Source: a virus (taxonomy: Duplodnaviria; Caudoviricetes). From it: a DNA stretch of 24,873 nucleotides. The position numbers and the translations under genes are program-made. Location: the IMG/VR virus record IMGVR_UViG_3300020043_003493, positions 1 to 24,873 of that record, one strand, 5' to 3'. Below, piece after piece: positions 1-8,625 of this stretch (positions are counted from its first letter, which is position 1; every line of letters starts with the position of its first letter). The notes under the pieces were generated by a model. The model was not told the origin of the DNA. It saw only the letters and a list, made by a program, of their open reading frames with translations, and did not search any database.

Positions 1-168
1 GCTTGCGTTAAATGCTATATACCCAAAGAACACAAATACGGATAGAATCTGGAGTGCTGTTAGACCCTTAGAGTGGTCTCCTTTTCGATGCCACAGAATA
101 TACCCAACGAGTACGCCAACGATAAACGCACCAATAGCGATTACTAGACGTACCTGCGTCTCTGTCAT
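1..168 (-). CDS. Partial small membrane protein, possible holin (runs off left edge)
   Basis: Not in the ORF track; translated by hand. ATG at 168 overlaps the upstream TAA (TAATG). MTETQVRLVIAIGAFIVGVLVGYILWHRKGDHSKGLTALQILSVFVFFGYIAFNAS has two hydrophobic segments separated by a basic loop. Holin is inferred from position only. Confidence 0.6.
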   Translation of the reverse strand, partial: MTETQVRLVIAIGAFIVGVLVGYILWHRKGDHSKGLTALQILSVFVFFGYIAFNAS

Positions 169-2042
169 TACAGACCTACCGCACCTTCTATGTCGGTTCC
201 TGCACCACCAGACCTCTGAGCGACTCGTGCAAATTGCCTCTCTAGATAGCCGAGTTTCTGGTCTTGTACTTCTGGTGAGTCAAACGCTTGTGGAATATAC
301 TTCTGGAACATTTGTTCTTCATTCTGGGATATAGCCGCACCTGTTCTCATTCGGGCAATAATATCTACAATCTGTTGTCTGTCTGCGTCTATAGACCCTG
401 TTCCGAGAGCTGATCCTACCGCACCACTGAATAGACCACGACCAGGGATCGCAGTCTTTTTCAGTGCGTCAGGATCTGTTGCAATAGTGTTCCTCAGACT
501 AGCGATAGCTTCAAGACCAACCTTAGCATTTGAAGTGGTTTTCTTAGACTCCGCACTTTCAGGTTTAGCAGACTTCCCACTACCTCCGAAGATCTCATAC
601 CCTTTGAGAATAGCGTCTGCTGTTTTGGTGTCTCCGCCTGATAAAGCTTGGAAGTAAGCTTGTTCGACTTTAGATGAGTCTTGGAACGCACCACCTGCAC
701 CTGTCTGGGGAACGTCTGTAACAATATCTTCTTGGAAGTTTAGACCTTGAGCAGGTGCTTGTTCTTGCTTATCTCCACCAACAAAAGGAATGCCGAACGC
801 TGTACCTGCGACTCTTGATCCAACTTGACTAGGTAGGTTTTTAGCTGTTGCTCCGATAAATGGACGATAGCCACTTGTAGGGCTTGGAGGAGGTGTAGGC
901 TCTCCTGCTACTCTTTGAGCCAGTTTACCGAGTTTGTCTTTACCTTTTTGTATAGATTGACCACCAATTCCAGTGTCAACACCGAAGACAGTAATGTTCT
1001 TAGGTTTAGGAGCTTTTAAGAGTAACTTCTCTGCGTCAAGGATTGTAGAGTACTGACTGTTGGCTTCTTTGTAGCCTGGTATATCTCCGAGTACGTCTTT
1101 TATACCGTCACGATAGGCTTTGAGTATCTTTTCTTCGGCTTTGGTAGCTGTTCCTGCATCAACTTTTCTATAGAAGTTTTTAAGTTCATCGTCTAGCTGA
1201 CCTTTAATAACATGCAGTTCTCCCTTAGTAGGAGTTGCACCAATAGCTTCCCTGGTAGCCCTGATAAGGTCTGTCTCTGGGGCGTTTTTAATAAGTCCAG
1301 GTTTAACCTTACTGGTGATCCTCTGTAGATCTTCCACCATTAGTGGTGTCTTGTCGCTTTTGGCAAGGTTTCCAATAGTTTGACCAACTTCGTCTTTGTC
1401 TGCGATCACCTTTATAAGCTTCTCTTTAGGGCTTCCAGTGGCTCCAATAGTTTTATCGAGGTAAGTATTGACGTTCTTCTCTATTTGTGGGGTGACTCTG
1501 CGTCCTCTTTCGATGATTGTTCCTGTACTTGTATTGGACACTGAGGCTCGTAGATCATCGGCTTTATCAGCAACTTTACCGAGCATACCTTTTCGAGCTA
1601 ATAAGGCACTCTCTGTGCTTTGAACGGCTTTACCAGCTTTGGCTACGTCCCCTGCTGTGTCTACAGCTTTAGCGCCTGTCTTGAGCATCTTTGCGCCTTT
1701 CAAAATACCAGGGATAGCACCAAAAGCACCCTCTTGTATGATGTTTCCTTTATCAATTCCATCTTCTGCTTCACCCGTGATTCTTTGTCTGAGATATTCT
1801 CCGAGAGCGCCACCACCTGCGCCACCGACTGCCGTTCCTGCACCTGGAGCGAGTGCTGTTCCTATAGTTGCACCAATTGCAGAAGTCGCTGTAGGTAAGA
1901 AATTAAGTAATGCACCTTTAACACCCCCTATTTTCGGTTTGGGGGCTACTGGTCTTGCTGAGTTTTGTCCAAGATAAGCGTTGATCTGCTGATCTGAATA
2001 ACCAGCTTCTCTTGCTTTTTGCATTTTAGCGTTTAAGTCCAT
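168..2042 (-). CDS. Probable internal virion / DNA ejection protein (624 aa)
   Basis: Ala/Gly/Lys-rich and predicted helical, with a glycine-zipper segment (AIGATIGTALAPGAGTAVGGAGGGALG) and N-terminal AREAGYSDQQINAYL. Lies downstream of the tail genes, as podovirus ejection genes do. TAATG-coupled. Confidence 0.6.
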   Translation of the reverse strand: MDLNAKMQKAREAGYSDQQINAYLGQNSARPVAPKPKIGGVKGALLNFLPTATSAIGATIGTALAPGAGTAVGGAGGGALGEYLRQRITGEAEDGIDKGNIIQEGAFGAIPGILKGAKMLKTGAKAVDTAGDVAKAGKAVQSTESALLARKGMLGKVADKADDLRASVSNTSTGTIIERGRRVTPQIEKNVNTYLDKTIGATGSPKEKLIKVIADKDEVGQTIGNLAKSDKTPLMVEDLQRITSKVKPGLIKNAPETDLIRATREAIGATPTKGELHVIKGQLDDELKNFYRKVDAGTATKAEEKILKAYRDGIKDVLGDIPGYKEANSQYSTILDAEKLLLKAPKPKNITVFGVDTGIGGQSIQKGKDKLGKLAQRVAGEPTPPPSPTSGYRPFIGATAKNLPSQVGSRVAGTAFGIPFVGGDKQEQAPAQGLNFQEDIVTDVPQTGAGGAFQDSSKVEQAYFQALSGGDTKTADAILKGYEIFGGSGKSAKPESAESKKTTSNAKVGLEAIASLRNTIATDPDALKKTAIPGRGLFSGAVGSALGTGSIDADRQQIVDIIARMRTGAAISQNEEQMFQKYIPQAFDSPEVQDQKLGYLERQFARVAQRSGGAGTDIEGAVGL

Positions 2043-2818
2043 TAGAAGCCGAATTTACCTTTCCACCAGTTAGCAGAGTCTGAAACACGACTGACAGCTT
2101 TTGGTAATAGGAATGACGTAAGACCACCAAGTGTAGCGCCTGATGCTACTTTATTAGCCGTTGCTCTGTTTTGTTTTTGGCTAGCTGTCAGTTTGGGGTC
2201 GTAATTTGGCTTCAATACATTAGTTCCTGGTGCGCCTGTCGCCGATACTTTACCAAGTATCTCACCAAGTCCGACCTGTGGGGCGGTTTCTTGTGGGGTA
2301 GATGGGTTTAATGACGCAAGATACTGCGCTTGTGCTTGAGCCTGTCGTCTGCTTTCTGCCTGTCGCTCTGCCTCCGCCCTTGCGTCAGCTTCTCTTTGAT
2401 AAAGCATTGAATAAATACCCTGCAAGTTGTTTTGCTGTTGATCGTCAGCACTCATAGCGAGTTGAGCTTCTGTTAGTGCGTTGCGTTCCAGATTAGCAAG
2501 ATTGGATTCTTCGCCCTGTAGTGCTTGTGACTGTGTTCTAAAAGTCTCGTCAAGAGGCTGTCTTTCAAGGCTTACGAGGCGTTGTTTTTGGGCTTCTGTA
2601 ACGAGACTTCCAGACGTTCGACCTGTCACAGACGGGTCTACTCCACGAATAAGATTCTCTGTATTTCCGATAGCAGAACGTAAACCTACCTGACGCTGTT
2701 GGACAGATGGTATTCCTAGCCTGGTTTGGGATTCTTTAAGAACATCCTGCGGTTTTTTTCGGGATGATTGGAACCCTTGTAACTGGGATAATGCGTCTGC
2801 ACTTGTAGTTGGATTCAT
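2042..2818 (-). CDS. Probable internal virion / ejection protein (258 aa, Gln-rich coiled coil)
   Basis: Q/A/R-rich helical sequence. SD AAGAGG 6 nt before ATG. First gene after leader copy 1. Confidence 0.55.
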   Translation of the reverse strand: MNPTTSADALSQLQGFQSSRKKPQDVLKESQTRLGIPSVQQRQVGLRSAIGNTENLIRGVDPSVTGRTSGSLVTEAQKQRLVSLERQPLDETFRTQSQALQGEESNLANLERNALTEAQLAMSADDQQQNNLQGIYSMLYQREADARAEAERQAESRRQAQAQAQYLASLNPSTPQETAPQVGLGEILGKVSATGAPGTNVLKPNYDPKLTASQKQNRATANKVASGATLGGLTSFLLPKAVSRVSDSANWWKGKFGF

Positions 2819-2830
2819 AATTTACCTCTT

Positions 2831-2880
2831 AAAATAAAAAACTCCCGACTTGGGGAGCTTCCTCTGCTTGTATTGTAGCA
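2831..2880 (-). promoter_or_regulatory. Promoter-leader-hairpin element, copy 1 (ejection gene operon)
   Basis: Minus strand reads TGCTACAAT-ACAAGC-AGAGGAA-GCTCCC-CAAGTC-GGGAGT-TTTTTATTTT, then AAGAGG SD and ATG 2818. Confidence 0.85.
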
Positions 2881-2884
2881 TAAT

Positions 2885-3298
2885 TTAGTCAGCGATTGTA
2901 TAGGTGACATATTTAATATCAAAGGTCGTGGCGGTTATTGTAACAGGCGCTCCTCCACCATTGAATAGAACGGCTCGAAATGTGACTAGCGTACCGTTAA
3001 CGATAGACTCCATAGAAGCTCCTAAAATACCTCCTGGGGCTGTTTGAACATACATATCTGCGAACCCACTTGCTAGTTGCCATCTCTGGGTCAGGGAACC
3101 CGATATAACCCTAGCGACTTCGGCATACTTAAAGATAGCAAACGAGAACACCTGATTCTCTGATAAGAGAACAGACGCAGTAAATACCGCTTCTGCACCT
3201 GCACCTACCGAACCAGAAAAAGAAATCGAGGTATCGAACACACCTGTATTCTTGAAGGTCGTAGTCCCTGAGTAGTATTGTAATGCGGTTATGTCCAT
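2885..3298 (-). CDS. Small beta-rich tail-associated protein (137 aa)
   Basis: Beta-strand-like composition. ATG sits in a TAATG junction at 3298. Ends FDIKYVTY, similar to the ends of the neighbours at 3750-4106 and 4103-4450. Confidence 0.6.
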   Translation of the reverse strand: MDITALQYYSGTTTFKNTGVFDTSISFSGSVGAGAEAVFTASVLLSENQVFSFAIFKYAEVARVISGSLTQRWQLASGFADMYVQTAPGGILGASMESIVNGTLVTFRAVLFNGGGAPVTITATTFDIKYVTYTIAD

Positions 3299-3328
3299 TA
3301 GAAGTCCTTGTAGATTACATTAGTGTAG

Positions 3329-3342
3329 TATAATGATCCTAT
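3329..3342 (+). promoter_or_regulatory. Putative -10 box giving a leaderless or near-leaderless HNH transcript
   Basis: TATAAT at 3329-3334, 8 nt before ATG 3343, with no SD. TTGTAG at 3308-3313 has only a 15-nt spacer, so the -35 is doubtful. Confidence 0.5.
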
Positions 3343-3765
3343 ATGACTAGAGTAACACGACTTTGTACCATAGGTGATTGTTCTAACAAACACGAGGCTA
3401 AGGGTTACTGTTCTAAACATTACCAAAGAAGACTTTTTGGTATACCGATGGATTACGCTAACTACGTGCATCACGGCAAGAGCAGATCGCCAGAGTACCA
3501 CACATGGCAAGCGATGATAGCCAGATGTGAGCATCCTCAGCACCCGTCCTATAAAAACTACGGGGGGAGGGGAATAAGCGTGTGTGCCAGGTGGCATAGC
3601 TTTGTATTCTTCTACGAAGACATGGGGGATAGACCCGTAGGCAAAAGTATTGATCGCATTGACAACAACGGAAACTACGAGCCGTCGAATTGTAAATGGA
3701 GTACACGGAGGGAACAACAACTGAATAGGAGAGTCTGCGTAAGTCATCGTCAAAAATCTCGGTAG
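3343..3765 (+). CDS. Free-standing HNH-family homing endonuclease
   Basis: N-terminal CxxxxC...CxxH motif (CTIGDC...YCSKHY), then EYHTWQAMIARC, YGGRGISVCARW and SIDRIDNNGNYEPSNCKWSTRREQQLNRR, all typical of phage HNH endonucleases. Opposite orientation to all neighbours. Confidence 0.9.
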   Translation: MTRVTRLCTIGDCSNKHEAKGYCSKHYQRRLFGIPMDYANYVHHGKSRSPEYHTWQAMIARCEHPQHPSYKNYGGRGISVCARWHSFVFFYEDMGDRPVGKSIDRIDNNGNYEPSNCKWSTRREQQLNRRVCVSHRQKSR

Positions 3766-4106
3766 ATAATGTAATGTACATTCCTAGAACCAGTCTTTGC
3801 TGAAAACGACTCAAGATAAACAGTTAGGGTTGTCTCGGTTAACTCATACAGGCAAAGAATCGGGCTACCTGCTAGACCTATATAAGTAGCCGTCAACCTG
3901 TTCCCACCAGCAGGGTAGACTTTCCCATCAGTATCCGATTGTTCAAAGTAGACTCTAACCATCGGTATATACCCGAGATTATGGGCTACAGTAAAAGACG
4001 ATACATAATTCGATCCCACTAGAACACTAGGCGCAGGAGCCAACGTAGTCCCCGATACCGAGGATCGCTTTAAGACGTTTTTTCTTCCAAGTAGGCTTAA
4101 AGTCAT
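3750..4106 (-). CDS. Small tail-associated protein (118 aa, HNLGYxP motif)
   Basis: TVAHNLGYIPMVRVY is a motif often seen in small phage tail proteins. ATGA overlap with the upstream gene at 4103-4106. Confidence 0.65.
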   Translation of the reverse strand: MTLSLLGRKNVLKRSSVSGTTLAPAPSVLVGSNYVSSFTVAHNLGYIPMVRVYFEQSDTDGKVYPAGGNRLTATYIGLAGSPILCLYELTETTLTVYLESFSAKTGSRNVHYIIYRDF

Positions 4107-4450
4107 GTTAGTGTGTCCAGTACATATTTTATATAAAAGATAACAGGGGAAGCTGTGGAGTTTTGCATAAAAATATACGCATTTGTTGAATCAGCCCATG
4201 CGTTCGCTGTGTAAGTAAACACCCCACCTGATGTAACCCTGCGGTTTTGCATAGCATAATAATTTATCCCATCAGTCGAGTAAGCCATTGTCACAAAACA
4301 CTTCTGCGCTAGAGTATGAGCTATGGTCTGAGTCGTTGAAGTAGTTGCACCAACTGCGTATGTGAGGGGTGTAGCCACGCTTAATTTAACAAAGATCTTA
4401 TCTACTTTGTCTGCGGATATAAAGTTCAACTTGTCAGGTTGATACGTCAT
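4103..4450 (-). CDS. Small tail-associated protein; likely start at MTYQPD (4450) rather than 4510
   Basis: ATG at 4450 follows the upstream TAA (4452-4454) by 1 nt. TIAHTLAQKCFVTMAY resembles the neighbour's TVAHNLGYIPMVRVY. Confidence 0.6.
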   Translation of the reverse strand: MTYQPDKLNFISADKVDKIFVKLSVATPLTYAVGATTSTTQTIAHTLAQKCFVTMAYSTDGINYYAMQNRRVTSGGVFTYTANAWADSTNAYIFMQNSTASPVIFYIKYVLDTLT

Positions 4451-4451
4451 C

Positions 4452-4826
4452 TTAAAAAGCGTCCGCCACATTTTCGCCAGTATCCGAAATAGCCACATCG
4501 TATGTCCCATCTGGTAATTTACCTATTTGCAATCTGTTAGTTCCCTCGTCTGGGTCGTTCATAAATAACGTTACCCCTGTTATCCGTAGAGCCTCTTTGC
4601 CGTTCTCGTCTAAAAAGGTGATCCCATACTCATCTATGGTATCAGGAATCAACCCAAGAACTATTTTAGTACCGTCTGCGTTCAAGATAGTTTGTTGACC
4701 ACGCATCGCACCCGTACCCATCTGTCGGGGTCTTATTCTACGAGCGATTTCAGCCTCAACAGGAGAATACTCGACAACATCCTGATCCCCTGATACTGGT
4801 CTGCCGTTTACGTCAACCGCAGTCAT
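4452..4826 (-). CDS. Hypothetical tail protein (124 aa)
   Basis: TAATG-coupled to the nozzle-like gene. Beta-hairpin-like repeats (KIVLGLIPD..EYGITFLD / RLQIGKLPDGTYDVAISD). Confidence 0.6.
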   Translation of the reverse strand: MTAVDVNGRPVSGDQDVVEYSPVEAEIARRIRPRQMGTGAMRGQQTILNADGTKIVLGLIPDTIDEYGITFLDENGKEALRITGVTLFMNDPDEGTNRLQIGKLPDGTYDVAISDTGENVADAF

Positions 4827-6703
4827 TAGCTTAGTTTCTCCTCACTGTTATCATCGAATACTAACGTGAATGAAGTGACAACTGGAGTCTCAGTTCCGCA
4901 CGTTAAATCTATACCGCCCTGTATTTCGTAAAATCTTGAATTAAAGTTTAGTTTAGCACTTCCCTCTGGTGTATTTAGAGAAGTAAAAGTTTCTGACTCA
5001 GTCCATGCTCCGTCCCTCGTGGTGCGGTACTTGATAACAAGTGTTGCGTCCTCTGGGAGTGGATCGAAGGTACAGATTATATAATTAGGGGTTTTTTGTT
5101 TGAATGGATCACCGTTATCAAATAAGATAGATTCCCATGTTGCCTCTGAATAAGGATCGGATGAGTTATTGATCTTGTCAATTCCGTAATCTAAGCCGTC
5201 CCTCCAACTCATAAGAAGAAGATCACCGTAGTTCTTTATATGCCCCACACGGAGGTTTCCTGATGTATTTAATAGAGTTCCTGTACTTATTGTATGAGAG
5301 TACCCAAACGAGTCTTGGAAGTCCTTATTTGTTGCTCCATATGAGTATGCCCCGTGTTCTAGGTTTGGGTTTGTTGTATAGGACGGATAGCCGAGTAAAT
5401 GAACTCCCCTACGGACAGTAGACATATACGGATAGGTGATCGTTGTGTCTGTGGTATTTGAGAACTCCGAGTCGGTGTTAGGCATCGTGCGAAGTTTGAT
5501 AGGAGAACCCCCACCATAGGCGTACCACGCACCCCCTGCTTCGTAGTAGAGAACGTCTTTATATTCATGTAAAGAATACGGTGAACCCTCTGGGATCGGG
5601 ATAAAGAAGTTATACGTTGACGATAAACCGTCCCAGAAGAATATAACGCCACTCTGGGGATCTCCTGAGTCTGTTTTTTTCTCACAGGCTATCGCTAGAT
5701 ATTCAGTCCATTTTGAAAGCCCACAGACTTCAAGACCTGCAGGGAACACTAAACGGTGTCTGAGCCACTCTAAGTTAGATGGATCATCCGAAAGCGGTTC
5801 CCATACTGACAAGTAATTACCGTTTCCGATTGTCTCGTACTGTAGGAAAGTCTCCATTGGGTGCATACCGTTCTTTGTGTCTATAAGTCTATCAGCATAA
5901 ATAGAGAAGTCTGCTGTAGATAGATCCCCTGCCGTTGAACAGAAGCACGTTCCGTCTGATGCTGTTGAGGTAAGATGAAAGTGATATGTCCGAGCGTTCG
6001 GCTTAACATATATCCTTACTTGGGAGGCGAACACGAAATCTAAATCCTGACCATCCGTAATGCTAGCGTTTACTACTGTAGATGTCGCTAGTGTGTTATT
6101 TTCAGCATCGTGCAGTGTGAGTGTCCAGTCACCAGACCCACCATCAACTACTCTGACCCTGATCTTATTTAACGGTTCAATGTCCGATGAAAAAGACCTT
6201 GTGTTAGTTGAGTTTTCGTTTATCGCTGTGGGGAGAGTGTAACTTAGAGTACCTCCTGTCGCTACTGCGTTCGTATCTGTTGAAGCACTTATTCCGTATT
6301 TATCTATTTTAATAGTTGGAGAGCCTGAGATCGGAGAATACTCACTTACTGTTTTGGAGGAAGTAGCGAATACCTTATCTACGTCTGTTCGGTATGAAAG
6401 ACCGAAGTTACCATCGGTGAGCTTTGCTTCACTAGACCACACACCTGACGTTGTTCTGCGGTATAAATACCCTGTATCTCCTAGAGCGAGAATCTGACCC
6501 GATAGGATCATAAGAGAGTTTTGAATAAGATCAACGATTACAGCGTTCCCCTCCTCGACTGTCCCTGCGAGTACTGACAATTGGGAGGGTTTCTTTCTAA
6601 AATCAATATGCCTCGAATATGCAAACGAGTATTTCGTTCCTAATTGGAGATCAGTTGACCAACCTCCGTCAAATCGCTTTACGATGTACGCTCTTTTAGC
6701 CAT
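4826..6703 (-). CDS. Probable tail nozzle / head-stabilisation protein (P22 gp10- or T7 gp12-like position, 625 aa)
   Basis: Beta-rich with N-terminal FDGGW and propeller-like segments (VIFFWDG, LYYEAGG). Size and position directly after the adaptor fit. Confidence 0.6.
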   Translation of the reverse strand: MAKRAYIVKRFDGGWSTDLQLGTKYSFAYSRHIDFRKKPSQLSVLAGTVEEGNAVIVDLIQNSLMILSGQILALGDTGYLYRRTTSGVWSSEAKLTDGNFGLSYRTDVDKVFATSSKTVSEYSPISGSPTIKIDKYGISASTDTNAVATGGTLSYTLPTAINENSTNTRSFSSDIEPLNKIRVRVVDGGSGDWTLTLHDAENNTLATSTVVNASITDGQDLDFVFASQVRIYVKPNARTYHFHLTSTASDGTCFCSTAGDLSTADFSIYADRLIDTKNGMHPMETFLQYETIGNGNYLSVWEPLSDDPSNLEWLRHRLVFPAGLEVCGLSKWTEYLAIACEKKTDSGDPQSGVIFFWDGLSSTYNFFIPIPEGSPYSLHEYKDVLYYEAGGAWYAYGGGSPIKLRTMPNTDSEFSNTTDTTITYPYMSTVRRGVHLLGYPSYTTNPNLEHGAYSYGATNKDFQDSFGYSHTISTGTLLNTSGNLRVGHIKNYGDLLLMSWRDGLDYGIDKINNSSDPYSEATWESILFDNGDPFKQKTPNYIICTFDPLPEDATLVIKYRTTRDGAWTESETFTSLNTPEGSAKLNFNSRFYEIQGGIDLTCGTETPVVTSFTLVFDDNSEEKLS

Positions 6704-7593
6704 TATATCTCTCCGATAGGTTGTGTATTATCGAGCCACGGGTTCATGTAAATACCCTCATCTGTAATCACTTGAGAAGCACTAGAAGATGCGTACTTGT
6801 CTTTGACTTCTGCAATGGCGTTATCAAAGTTTACTTTATGATAATTAGCTCTGTCTGGGTTGTTATTCATTTCAAAGAATCTGTATAGAGCGTAATCAAC
6901 GGTGTTTTCGTGGTACTCCTCTGGGAACAAGAACGACTGACCGATGTTAAAAGTTTTACCAGATCCCGAAAAACCGATATAGGGTTCTTCTAAGGTTACT
7001 TCTGTACCAGACGTAAACCCTGCGATTCGGTAATTATAGCCGTCTGATCCATCCGTTACTTGGAACTCTCGTCCAACCATGTCTGCTGTAAATGTAGTCC
7101 CTGTCCCTGTGACTGTCGTAAGTCCACTTGTAACGGCTACTGTACCTGTTGAGTAGTCAGATGCGGTCTGTTTCTGGGATCGTGGTTCGTAGTAGATAAT
7201 CACCCCTGCAGATAGGTTATCTGATGGGATCGGGAATAGCCCTATTTCATCAGCACCTTTTACAAAGTAATAAGTAAGCCAGTTACTTGATTGCTGTGCG
7301 TAGTTGATTTGTCTCCACTGATACTCTGATCTGATCTGAGTTAAAGGCAGTCTGCGGTCTGCTGATATAACAAAATCCACTCCTATGACTCTTATACAGT
7401 CTGGTGGTAGTTGGTAGTACTGTTGATCTGCAACCATGTTTGTAGACTTAGAACGACGATTGAAGTAGTTATTCATCGCACTATTTAACTTATTTGCGCC
7501 AATGTTTATATCTGTCTCGAATTGAGACAACGTAGCGGAGCTTGCATCTCCTGATAGTTTCTGTGCTTTAGCTTTTAGTTGAGCGATTGTCAT
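6703..7593 (-). CDS. Probable head-tail adaptor (296 aa) with an inserted beta domain
   Basis: Starts MTIAQLKAKAQ, contains QQYYQLPPDCIRV, IGLFPIPS and FPEEYHENTVDYALYRFF, a typical adaptor pattern. Central insert YSTGTVAVTSGLTTVTGTGTTF. Confidence 0.7.
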   Translation of the reverse strand: MTIAQLKAKAQKLSGDASSATLSQFETDINIGANKLNSAMNNYFNRRSKSTNMVADQQYYQLPPDCIRVIGVDFVISADRRLPLTQIRSEYQWRQINYAQQSSNWLTYYFVKGADEIGLFPIPSDNLSAGVIIYYEPRSQKQTASDYSTGTVAVTSGLTTVTGTGTTFTADMVGREFQVTDGSDGYNYRIAGFTSGTEVTLEEPYIGFSGSGKTFNIGQSFLFPEEYHENTVDYALYRFFEMNNNPDRANYHKVNFDNAIAEVKDKYASSSASQVITDEGIYMNPWLDNTQPIGEI

Positions 7594-7644
7594 AAATAAT
7601 AAAAGCCCCCATTACGGGAGCTTCCTCTGGTTTTTATTATAGCA
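7594..7644 (-). promoter_or_regulatory. Promoter-leader-hairpin element, copy 2 (adaptor/nozzle operon)
   Basis: TGCTATAAT-AAAAACC-AGAGGAA-GCTCCC-GTAAT-GGGGGC-TTTTATTATTT-ATG(7593). No SD between hairpin and ATG. Confidence 0.85.
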
Positions 7645-7662
7645 CTATTTGTGGAGTTTTCA

Positions 7663-8625
7663 TTACGCCATCTCGTACACAAATGTGCCACTTATTTCGC
7701 TACCACTTGCCCAAGTGTTTGGCACTGCGGATGTCACAAGATCCGCAGTGACGTAAGTGGAGTTGGATAGCCAAGGACGTAGCAACCCTACAGTAGTGGA
7801 GGCTAGACCAACGTATAGGGGGTAGATACTAGTTACAAACGCATTCACAGTACCTAATAGCTGTATGTTACCAGTATTGGCGAGTGCCGTACTTGTAACT
7901 GGCAGAGTGAACAGTGCATCTGCAACGCCACCGTCCATAGGCGTTGCAGAGTTTGCTGTAAGAGAAAGCTTACAGATCACAGTTTTGCCCACAATTGTAT
8001 ACTTGGACGCTTTTGCCCACTTAGTATTGTTGAAACGACCTGATAGGGTAGGTGTCCATGTTGTCCAAGCCCAGGAGGAACCGAACGAACCTGTGTTATT
8101 CCATGCGTTGTTTGGGACACTATTGTTCGTGTTGAGTGCGCCATCTTTAATGTTCAAGCCATCAATAGTAACTCCATTCGCACTCGTGAACTCGGAAATA
8201 GTATCTACGGTGAGTGTCGGATTCGTAATCGTTGGTGCGGTCAAAGTCTTAGATGTAAGCGTTTGTGATGAACCTAGATCTACTAAAGTATCTGATCGGT
8301 TTGGTAGGGTATAGGTTCTTGTAGTTCCTGCGGAAATACCCGATAGCTCAAAGACAGCCTTTTTGGTGGTGTCTGAGTTGTCCTGAATGGTAAGTGCGTT
8401 GTCATTTACTGTCAGAGCTGGGGTGTTGATCGTAGGGCTTGTGAGGGTCTTATTCGTGAGGGTTTGAGTGTCAGTAGTCGAGACAGGGTTCCCACCCGTA
8501 AATCCTAGCGCTTGGTTTGGAGTAACTTTATACGATACTCCACTAGGCATATCTACTACATATAGAAGATCGGTGGTTCGATCTATTGAGGGGATTGTGT
8601 CTAGGTTTGAGAGTTTATCGTCCAT
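7663..8625 (-). CDS. Tail fibre-like protein B (320 aa), paralog of 8625-9578
   Basis: TDTQTLTNKTLTSPTIN / SQTLTSKTLTAPTITNP repeats typical of fibres. C-terminal beta domain ends ISGTFVYEMA. Confidence 0.75.
   Translation of the reverse strand: MDDKLSNLDTIPSIDRTTDLLYVVDMPSGVSYKVTPNQALGFTGGNPVSTTDTQTLTNKTLTSPTINTPALTVNDNALTIQDNSDTTKKAVFELSGISAGTTRTYTLPNRSDTLVDLGSSQTLTSKTLTAPTITNPTLTVDTISEFTSANGVTIDGLNIKDGALNTNNSVPNNAWNNTGSFGSSWAWTTWTPTLSGRFNNTKWAKASKYTIVGKTVICKLSLTANSATPMDGGVADALFTLPVTSTALANTGNIQLLGTVNAFVTSIYPLYVGLASTTVGLLRPWLSNSTYVTADLVTSAVPNTWASGSEISGTFVYEMA

Noticed and set aside
3319-3765. Group I intron around the HNH
   Set aside because: The ORF fills almost the whole insert, leaving no room for a ribozyme core. 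It is antisense, and the host gene has its own stop.
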